NCBI GenBank assembly: GCA_964016885.1 | Contig: OZ024747.1 | Location: 32,922,001 to 32,986,000, forward strand | Length of the DNA stretch: 64,000 bases | Direction: 5' to 3' | Source of the DNA: Eledone cirrhosa | Taxonomy: Eukaryota | Shown: piece after piece, positions 54,765-64,000 of the stretch | Position numbering within the stretch: position 1 is the stretch's first letter | Layout: every line of letters begins with the position of its first letter | The notes under the pieces: model-generated | Told to the model about the DNA's origin: nothing | The model's database searches: none | The model's input: only the letters and a program-made list of their open reading frames with translations | Program-made: the position numbers and the translations under genes

Positions 54765-55616
54765 TAAAAAGTCAATATGTGAACGCAGAAGTGAATATTT
54801 CAAAAAACGTCGCAACCGGAGGAAGACAGGAAGACGATACTTTGGGTCGTGGAAACGTTCCCTGGCAAAGAACGGGAAAAAACGAATATAATACGTCATT
54901 ATTTGGAGCGGTGAAAAACAATTACACGCAAAGACAAAACCACGTTTAAGGTATAAAAGAAGTCGTAGACTAATATTATATTAGGTGGTTCATAGAGACA
55001 TTCTCTGGCAATGAACGAAAAAAAAACGAAGATATACGTCATATGTGGTGCGGGGAGAACAATTGCACGCAAAAACAAAACCACGTAAATGGTATAACTG
55101 AAGTCGTAGACTAAATTTCTAACTAGGAAACCGAATGATTCTCAGCTTCAGAGTTAAGAATAAAGTAAATAAAATACAGAGGTAAATGAAATTAAATAAA
55201 TACATACACGCATCTATATACGTACATACACAAGCATACGCGAAAACACTCGCCATAGGTATACACATACACGAACGTAGAAAACAACAACAAAAGAAAA
55301 CCGTACGCACATACAGAACTCACGCAACGCCTCTACCGGCACGCGTACGAATGTATGCACCAAATACACATAAAAATATATATTAAAAACAAAATATATA
55401 TATATATGTGTATACATATAATTAAATAAACGTATAAAAATAAATAAATACGTATATTACAAATGCAAGCACATACCTACATGTAAATACACAAATGTTC
55501 GGAGACGTACGTCAACCAAAACACGAAGTACGCATATACACACACCCTACATACGTACGAACCCACATACTCACACAGACGCAAAACTCACGTATACACA
55601 TAACCAAAAGCATATA

Positions 55617-55739
55617 TAATAATAATATAATGAAATTATTGTGTACTGTGCTCAGGTGCACTACAACTCATCAAAGGTGCATGTATAGTACATAGAATAA
55701 TGTACAAATGTCAGGAAAATGAACAGTGTTTGAGTCATG

Positions 55740-55805
<66 letters not shown>

Positions 55806-56740
55806 AATATTGTGTACAGTGCCCAGGTGGACCACAACTCATCAAAAAGTGCATGTACAGTACATAGGGCAATGCACAAACATCAGTAAAATGAACAGTG
55901 CACGAGTCATGATACACACATGTGTGCATGTGTATGGAAGGGGTACATCAGGTGTAGTTTTGGCGTATTTCGGGAAGCATGAGTGTCTTAAAGGATGCAG
56001 TGTCTCGGCAGCTAACAACTGACGCAGGCAGTTTGTTCCATGCTTCAGCAATTCTGAGCGTGAAAAAATGTCTACGAAAGTCATGGGAGCTGTGCTGTTT
56101 TCTGATTTTGTAGGCATGTCCACGTGTGTTAGACACATGGAGATCAAAAAGGTGCTCAGGGTTGCAATTGGCGAGATGGTTAATAACTTTGTGGGTATTC
56201 ACCAAGTCCATTGCCAGGCGTCGGAGCTTCAATGAATCCATGCCCAGGGAAGCAAGGCGTTCAGAGTATGGTAGGTGTCTGGTGGAGGGTATTCGCTTGG
56301 TTGCACGTCTCTGAACTGTTTCCAGGAGGTCAATGTTCTGAGCAAGATAGGGGTTCCAGACTGATGATGCGAATTCCAAGTGTGGTCGTACCATAGCTGT
56401 ATACAGTTTTAAATAGATGGCTGGAGAGCGGCTAACAAAGGTCTTCCTGAGTGATGCCAAGACACCCTCGGCCTTCTTGACAATCTTAGAGACATGCTTT
56501 GTCCAACGCAAATCGCTGCTGACAGTAATGCCCAGGTCTCGTTCACAAGAGGACTTCTTGATATCAGTGTTGTGGAGGGAGTATGTGGACGCTGGATTTT
56601 TCCTTCCAAAATACATGGTGGTACACTTGTCCACAACCAGCTTCAGTTGCCAGTCTGTGATCCATTGCTGCATTGTGTCCAGGTCTGATTGTAGGAAAGA
56701 GTTGTAAATTTCAGGATCAGTCCTTTTGATTTCAAGGTAC
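55617..56740 (-). mobile_element. 5'-truncated CR1-clade LINE with an (ATT)n tail and a duplicated 3' end
   Basis: ORF 55948-56775(-): LQSDLD...ERDLGITV..LRWTKHV..LYTAMVRPHLEFASSVWNP..LETVQRRATK..TRGH..WNKLP. Tail at 55743-55803; an older copy of the 3' UTR lies at 55617-55742. Confidence 0.92.
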
Positions 56741-57406
56741 CAGAAAAAATAATATATACGCCATAACATATGCAATCAAATATATGTACGAGAAAGTATA
56801 CGTACCTTCACAAAATATACAGGTAATATACAAATAAGTAATGGTATAAACATAACATATACTTAGCTACCACATGAAGACGTAAAATATCCGCGTATAG
56901 TTCGTACTATCCGTTAGGGTATAATGTGGGGCTGTAATACAAGAAGGTTTGTGCAAGTTATCTTTACAAGCCGAAATTGCCTCAGATTTTTTGTTTCAGA
57001 TGTGGTCTATGGCGTAGAGTATTTCCAGGGCCTCAGCGGCGCAGAGGTCACATGGTCTTTTATTTCCGTTATACGATCTAGCCCTAGCTAGGATCTCCCA
57101 GTGTAACTTATATTGGGTGTGGTTGTCTTTTAGACTCCAGATATAAGCTGAAAGTGACGTCATATTCCTTCTTAAAGGGTAACGAAAAGAATGGGTATGC
57201 ATGTAAAGACGCTGCTTGAATCTATTGGCGGTTAACCCTATGTAGGCCCTACGCGACGTGGGTGTTTCAACCTTACATTTGTAGACAATGTTACTAGAGA
57301 GGCATTTCCCGGATAGGGGGCAGTCAACCCGATTCCTACAATTACAGTTAGTACTAACTACAGGGCTGCACGTGTTCCTACGGCTAGGTAGTTTAGCTAA
57401 TATATA

Positions 57407-60110
57407 TATTGTTATACTTTGGGAGGGTCATGTTGCCAATAAGAAAAACACACACCAAATGCTTTCACTCCAATTTATTATAAATTAAATTATAAATTAA
57501 AAAATTTATAAATTTCCGGTTGGTTGGTTCCACAACGGGACGGTTGTTCATATATTGTTAAAGTTCTTTCGTCACACATTCTGTGACCTCTTCAGTGACT
57601 AGGGATTCTTTTCTTTGTTTTGTGCCTCTCCTTTGTTCTGTCCTACGCCATCTTGTTTTTATGTGTGTTGTGTGCATAGTTTGCGCATGTGTTACATCCA
57701 GGTGTCTGTGTGTGTTTTTATTTGTTTATTTATTTGTTTATTTACATGTTACTGGTTGTTTGTTTGTTCTATGTGTGTGTGTTTTCATTTTGTCCTTAAT
57801 TGTAAGTTGTGATGTTACTATTCCATTCTTGTTTTCTATTTAATTTTGGTTGGAGTTCATTTATGTTTATTGCCTCTGTGATTTGTCTAAACATTGCGTC
57901 TTTTCTGTGTGTAGATTTTATTTTTATTTCTTTGTCCTCTAATTTGCCCTTATGTTCTATTTTAGCATGTTGGTGGAGTACTGATGATTATTTTCTATCT
58001 TGAAGCTCTCGCCAGTGTTAATTTAATCGTTCTCCTATACTACGAGCTGTCTCACCTATGTACACTATATTCTTATCTTTACAATGTCCTTCAGTACATC
58101 TTATGCTATATACTATGTTTCTAGTTTTACAGTTAATATGGGGGCTAAGTTTACAGATTATGTATTTCTTATCTATGCAGGGAGGTCTTTGGAAAGGATA
58201 TGTATTACTAATAACTGTTTTTATGGAGGTACCTGGTCTTACTACTATCTTAATATTATGTTTAAGTTTATCTAGGGCCCTTCTAAATTTGTAAGCTAAT
58301 TCACCTCTAGGGGTTGTATTGATGAACATTACACTATGGTATTTATTGCTATGATACTATGAGTTTATTCTATTAACCTTATTACTAGTTCTTTCTATTC
58401 TATTCCAAAATTTTCTCCTATACAAGGGGCAGGTCTCATTTGTATCATTATTTACCATTTTTTTCCATTTTGTTCTGGCTCCTCTATATACTCTTATTTT
58501 ATCTGTCTGATTGTAACCAGAGAACTGCATAAGGTGGATGAAGTGTTGTATGTGTCTCTCTAGTTCTTTGAGGTTGCACATGGGGGACACGTTTCTCATC
58601 ACCCGTATTAAATCCGCAATCAGTATGTTGATTTTGTTGTTTGGAAGTCATGGTTTTGGCATAATGGGAATGGAGGATTTGTTTTTTGTTATTAATGGTT
58701 TCTAACCAGAGCTCAGTGTCTGGTTGGGGTGTTTTCTTGGGTAGTCTATAGTAACTCTAATACTCTAGTGGATGGAGTTAGCTATTTGCTGGATGCTTTC
58801 CATGGTGCTTTTCTCTAATTCTTGACTGTTCTCTAGTGGGGTGTTTTTACTACGATGTTTATATCATCAACGTAGCGAGAGTACATTATCAGGGTTAAGA
58901 GGTTGCTGTCTTCTAATTGTTCTTTAAGTTTATTGTCCCACCATACCATGAATAGGTTAGCTATGTCACCTGCAATGCTAACACCAATGGCTGCTCCCAC
59001 CTCTTGGGCACATGTTTTTCCATTAAATTTGAACATATGTTCCTTAAGGGTTTGTTTTATACTGGCCCTCACCGCATGTGCAATCATTTTCTTTAGTTCA
59101 TCATGGTTGTCGGTGGTCCGTATGGCTCTGGTCCACCCGTTCCATCTTTCTGTGTGGGATTTCTTGGCCATTGAGGTAATGGTAGGTGGTCTGCCTCTTG
59201 CTGGCCTTGTGAGGCAGAGGTTGCTAAAGTCATACGTATCTAGCTAATCGTTACTATAATAAGTTGAAGTATGAGTCCCAGCTCACTGGTATCAATCCCA
59301 TGGAATTCAACATTGCTCTCACTGATCATTTCTACGCCATTCTCCACAGCAAAATCCATGTCAATGGATGGGTATAGGGACACAACATCCATACTACCTA
59401 TTATACAGTCTGTTAGGTCCCTAGATCTGTTATTTTCGCTGATTCTGCTGAGGAGGTCCTCCGTGCTGTCACATATATGCGGGGACATATTAGTGATGGG
59501 GCGTATGATCAGGGTGAGGAAGTAGGAAAGTCTGTAGTTACTAGCAATGTTAGCTCCACAGACTGGCCATGCTGGTGGTCCTGTGACTGGGTCACTGTCC
59601 GTCTTATGGTCTTATCGAAGCCCATACAACGCTGGCACGTCATTGTTCCGGGCCTGGAAGTTGTTGCCAGTCCGTTTATTGGGCTGCATTATGTTTGTCC
59701 ACATCATCATATGAGCGTTGAGGGTTTTCTCCCTATCCTCATGCTCTTGTGGTGTTACTTCTCTTGTGTTAGTGATGTGGGGTTGCATTGCCTGGATGTA
59801 GTTTGACAGACTGTCAACCGACATTCTGCCAGACTTGTCTGTTGGAAAGCATGCAATCTCTCCATTACGTGAGCGCTGCATGAGCTTACGCAAGCCATTT
59901 GCAGATTTTTCTCCAAGCTGCTTCTTGCTATACTGTTCTATAATATTTCTAAATTTAGATCTAGCTATATTAAATTGTGCTTCTGTTTGTTCATCGACCT
60001 GCGACGGCAATTGCGTGCGTTTGTTAAAAGCTAAAGTCGTGGCGTGGACTCGTCGTAGGTCGAAGGATATATCGGATAGGTTATAAAAAGTAGAAATCCA
60101 GGCTGCTGCT
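57407..60110 (-). mobile_element. Penelope-like element (Neptune-like RT and GIY-YIG), disrupted
   Basis: PTDKSGRMSV, IGSMDVVSLYPSID, QEVGAAIGVSIAGDIANLFM, YSRYVDDI, MQFSGY, NCKTRNIVYSIRC..C...YIGETARSIGERL across ORFs 58018-60340. Confidence 0.92.
57567..57595 (-). ncRNA. Hammerhead core with helix II in the 3' region of the Penelope element
   Basis: Minus strand CTGAAGA-G-GTCACA gaatg TGTGAC-GAAA. I could not complete helices I and III. Confidence 0.4.
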
Positions 60111-60514
60111 TTATGTGTACTATTGCTATTGTTATTGTTAGTTGTGTTGTTTCTATTTCTATTTCCACCAACAGCCTCATGGTTGTTTCTATCGAAGTCA
60201 GAAATAAGGCAGAAACAAAATCTCCTTACAAAATTCATGTGTGTTGGTGTGTGAGTGTATGTGTGCATAATTTGCTGATGTTTATTGGTGAAAATAGAAA
60301 ACATTGAGGGGAAAATGGATAATCTTGTGCTGCCAAACAAAAATACTCTTGTTTTACAGACATCCTCCTTGACTTTCCCATTGGAAACCTGAAAGCCATG
60401 TCACTGTATGACACAATATATATGATATAAAATTAAATATAAATCAAATATCAAATATAACAACAACCCCTGATAAAGAAGAAAAATGTAAGATAAAAGT
60501 ATTTCTATCTATTG

Positions 60515-60865
60515 TTTTCACAAACACATACATACACATGTATAGAAACACAAGTACAAACCCACTCATGCATCTGTATATAAACACACAAACATACACA
60601 TGCACTCAAACACACTCTGATACTTGCACACACATGCATGCAACTATACACACACATACACATATGCAAAGTCATACACACATACGTATGCATGCAATCA
60701 TGTACACAAAAATACATGCATGCACATATAAATGCACATATACACACATAAACACTCATACACACACAAATGGAGAAATGTACATACAAATACGCACATA
60801 CACACACAAATATGCACACCCACACAACTACACACTCAGATGCACAAACACTTGCAAACACAAAC
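60515..60865. repeat. Degenerate (CA)/(CATA)-rich simple sequence
   Basis: Directly visible; source of the His/Thr- and Cys/Val-rich ORFs. Confidence 0.85.
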
Positions 60866-61267
60866 ATTAAAGTAAAACAAAAGTACTATTGGAAATATAT
60901 TATAAAAAAATGTCTAATCAGCAATAATTTAAGAGAAAAATTAATGGACGTCAAGTGTTTCATATTAAGTTGCAAATTATTATTAGATATAAATTAGTGA
61001 TGATGAATATGTCAGAATTAAAGATGAAATAAATAAATAAATTTAAATAACATTTGAAAAGATAAGAGAGATAAATGAAATAATTAGGGGTGAACCTGCA
61101 TATGTGTATGACTGTGTATTTGTGAGTGTGGGTGTGTATATGTGTTGGTTGAATTACAGTAAAAAGGGTTGCATATCAAACAGGTATAATTATACATACA
61201 CAAAAAAAATATATGCATACATGCACTCATAAATGCATAGATATATAACATATATGTGTGTGTATGC

Positions 61268-61338
<71 letters not shown>

Positions 61339-61340
<2 letters not shown>

Positions 61341-61502
61341 AATGTGATTGGTGTTAGGAAGGGCATCCAGCCGTAGAAAACCTGCCAAATAGTCCTATAT
61401 GAGGCGAGACACAGTCACCCGACCAGCCTTGCCTCAAGTGGGACAACTCCCCTCTAACCCATGCTAGCGTCGAAGATGGACGTTAAGCAAAGATGATGAT
61501 GA

Positions 61503-61506
<4 letters not shown>
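61339..61506 (+). mobile_element. RTE 3'-tail retrocopy inserted in (TA)n
   Basis: TTGGTGTTAGGAAGGGCATCCAGCCGTAGAAAACC...GGACGTTAAGCAAA(GAT)n. Confidence 0.85.
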
Positions 61507-61553
<47 letters not shown>

Positions 61554-61592
61554 CAATAGTAATAATGGAAAATATCACTATAGCATCATATT

Positions 61593-61652
61593 TATTTTAT
61601 TATACATATTTCAAGGATACCAAATTATAGTATGCTTTCATCAGATAAAATA
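61593..61652 (-). ncRNA. Type I minimal hammerhead ribozyme, same family as 45990-46050
   Basis: Minus strand TATTTTAT-CTGATGA-AAG.ATACTA/TGGTAT.CTT-GAAA-TATGTA-TA-ATAAAATA. Stem I is perfect. Confidence 0.75.
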
Positions 61653-62049
61653 CAATATTTGATGTATAAGATAGTGACATACCCCAAGTATAAACCTCCA
61701 ACGTTAGCTTACAATGGGTATGTGAAATAGAATCTCAAATTTTATAGGATATAAGTTAATAGGAATATATTAAACAGATAAAAAGACCGTTATTATAGAT
61801 GCTTGAACATTTTGAAAAATACCGTGTTTATATTGGTCGTGGGGCGGCCGTTAAAGGGTGATATATTAACTAGTGCAGATATATACATAAATATATATAA
61901 GCGTAGAAATATATGTGTATATATGGTTATATCCATTTATTACTATTGTTAATATTATAATACTCCAGAAAATTTTTTTATTGTAGAGTGCTTCATATCT
62001 GTTATGAACTCTGTTGAATATTTATCAACAAAGCATATACCTCATTGTT

Positions 62050-62089
<40 letters not shown>

Positions 62090-62439
62090 CGCACAAATAC
62101 ATATATGTATATATATCTATATGTGCACTGTATGTATGAATAAATCTATGCATCCATATAACCATATGAGTTTCAAAAATGCAGTTATTACAACAGTGTC
62201 CTTTCAACTTCTACTTCTGAGTTCAAATAATTTACTAAAAAACGAAAACAAACAACAATCATGAAAAAAACATAAGAAAACAAGAAATGCCTAAGAATTT
62301 GCAGAATTCCACAAAAACCCTTTGAACTTTTATCAGTTTCAATGAACTGATTAATCAATTAAAGAACAGCACAGTTTTTATCACAAGACTGTGATGAAAA
62401 ACAACTAACAAATATAAAGCAGTGGAAACACTTGACAGA

Positions 62440-62727
62440 CAGAGGCATACGTAAGGTATGATGAGCATGGCACATGCCATAGGCACCATTTGATTTAGCA
62501 ACACTTTGTATTAAAGTCAGATAAGTTATTATTGGAGAGGGAAAAATGAAACTCCTTAAGATGTATGATTTACCTTTGATTATGGGGGAGAGAAGCACTA
62601 TGGTACCTGGATCATTAAACCATTAACATAAATTATTAAGCCTATAGGTAAAAATACAGTTCTGAGAACTTCAGGAGCACAATTTCACTGCTTGCCCTAG
62701 GCACTATTATTCATAGTCATGCCTCTG
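62440..62727. mobile_element. Small non-autonomous DNA transposon (hAT-like)
   Basis: TIRs CAGAGGCAT / ATGCCTCTG; flanks CTTGACAG(A) and CTTCACAG(G) suggest an 8-9-bp TSD. Confidence 0.6.
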
Positions 62728-62924
62728 CTTCACAGGTGATTGTTTCGTCATAATTGGAGCTTCACAGCTATTCAATCCTTTCTTGAAATTGTATTGTAGG
62801 ACTTTCTACATCTTTGATTTTCAGCCTTTTTCAGTAAAAAAAAGCCCCACAGCCCACTGAATAAGACATTGTTAACGTACACCATCAGATTTTTAAAGGT
62901 TTTATTATATTGCAACCTTTTGAG

Positions 62925-63143
62925 GGTGGTGCATTGGCAGCATCATTAGTGCATTGGACAACTTGCTTTGTGGCATAGTTACGTACTTTTACATTGTCAG
63001 TTCAAATTCTACCAAGGTTAGCTTTATCTTTCATCCTTACTGGATCAATAAAATAAAGCACCAGTATTGCACTAGGGTTGATTTAATCAACTTTCGCAAA
63101 CACCAAAAATTATTGGCCTTGTGCCTAAATCAGAAACCACTAT
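62925..63143 (+). mobile_element. SINE (family A)
   Basis: GGTGGTGCATTGGCAG...AGTTCAAATTCTACCAAGG...CTTTCATCC...GGCCTTGTGCCTAAATCAGAAAC. Confidence 0.75.
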
Positions 63144-63239
63144 AGAGAGTTTTTTTTTATTAAAAGAATGTATCTGTGATACCTGTGTGATACTTGTAAC
63201 TAGTAGGGAAATGTCTCTGCAACATTGAAAAAGGTTTTA

Positions 63240-63815
63240 GCAATATTAGTGGGGTCCTATACAAGACAACAAAATGAAATTATGCTTGCATGCATTTTTG
63301 GTGGGTATTACAAAGTGTTACTGGGTGATAGGTATTGTATTTCCCTAAAACCTCCACTATCTGTTAAAGTGTTATTGTAATATGGTTCAGCACAATTAAA
63401 TATTTGTTTATCTGATGAAATCCTCAAGAGGTGGTAACTCGTGTTATTTACTAGATTTTTCAAGGGAGACATTGAAGAATTTGTAAATATATACCAACTT
63501 ATATGTATCAAATATTGCCTATATAGGCAATATTTCTCTTTGCTAAGGTTAAATATAATATCTAAAAATTAACTGCATAAATGTTAAGAGTAATCAATCC
63601 TTCCACTCACTCTCTCTCTTCATACAAGTTGCCATCGTAAGATTTTAAGCTGCCTTCTATAAGCAACCTATCAGTTACTCTCCTCAATTCCACTCGTGTA
63701 TATTGATAAGATACCACTTTAGTGGCTTTTAATCCTTCACAGACACTCCTTTGCTTTACAGTCTATTTTTGTAATGTTCAAGACAGTTTTATGTTTTATT
63801 CTTATAATTTCTTTC
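63240..63815 (-). mobile_element. Decayed Penelope-like RT C-terminal fragment (Naiad-like)
   Basis: ORF 63308-63511(-) LKNLVNNTSYHLLRISSDKQIFNCAEPYYNNTLTDSGG resembles the PLE post-RT helical region; upstream ELIGCL and NFLDF remnants. Confidence 0.6.
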
Positions 63816-63826
63816 TGTCCCTTATA

Positions 63827-63865
<39 letters not shown>

Positions 63866-64000
63866 GTTTACATATATATATATACATATATACATATACG
63901 TGTTTTGCAACGGGTCGCTTTGTGGCTCAATGAAAAGTTAATAAATTAAATAATCAAAGCTATATATCATAAAACATGTCTATAGAATCACCAGATAAAA

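Larger units (their letters stand above)
54604..57400 (-). mobile_element. Penelope-like element 3' part (GIY-YIG endonuclease and long 3' region), with a nested CR1
   Basis: 57400-56960(-) translates CNCRNRVDCPLSGKCLSSNIVYKCKV..AYIGLTANRFKQR..H..SF..TSLSAYIWSLKD..CDLC..E. The 3' region has a 141-bp direct repeat (54830-55114) and a hammerhead-like motif. Bounded by (TA)n. The left limit is inferred. Confidence 0.75.

Noticed and set aside
56990-57000. Selenocysteine UGA in the Penelope GIY-YIG frame (HI*NKKSE), as reported for some Naiad elements
   Set aside because: The TGA falls where Leu is expected (LNK.SE motif), not at a Cys, so a point mutation is more likely. No SECIS was identified.
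63411-63440. Hammerhead from CTGATGA (also at 56361 and 57982)
   Set aside because: No GAAA after a helix II; these are antisense to TE coding sequence.

Overview
AT-rich animal genomic DNA with no prokaryotic features and no host gene I can identify. The SINE families and (GAT)n/(TA)n content look octopod/cephalopod; this is an inference from recalled repeat consensus sequences, not a search. Bases 1-20278 are a 26-bp satellite (~780 monomers) with a ~6.1-kb higher-order repeat and a distinct terminal domain. The remaining 44 kb is a nested patchwork of decayed transposons: RTE LINEs carrying a PHD-type finger, a Ty3/Gypsy remnant, a Tx1-like LINE inserted antisense into a related Tx1-like copy, a head-to-tail Helitron-like dimer, mariner- and hAT-type MITEs, a CR1 fragment, several tRNA-derived SINE families and at least four Penelope-like elements. 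The 45.9-62 kb region also holds hammerhead-ribozyme motifs and a cluster of fold-back palindromes lying in (TA)n tracts. Coordinates were read by eye, and the ends of decayed elements are approximate.
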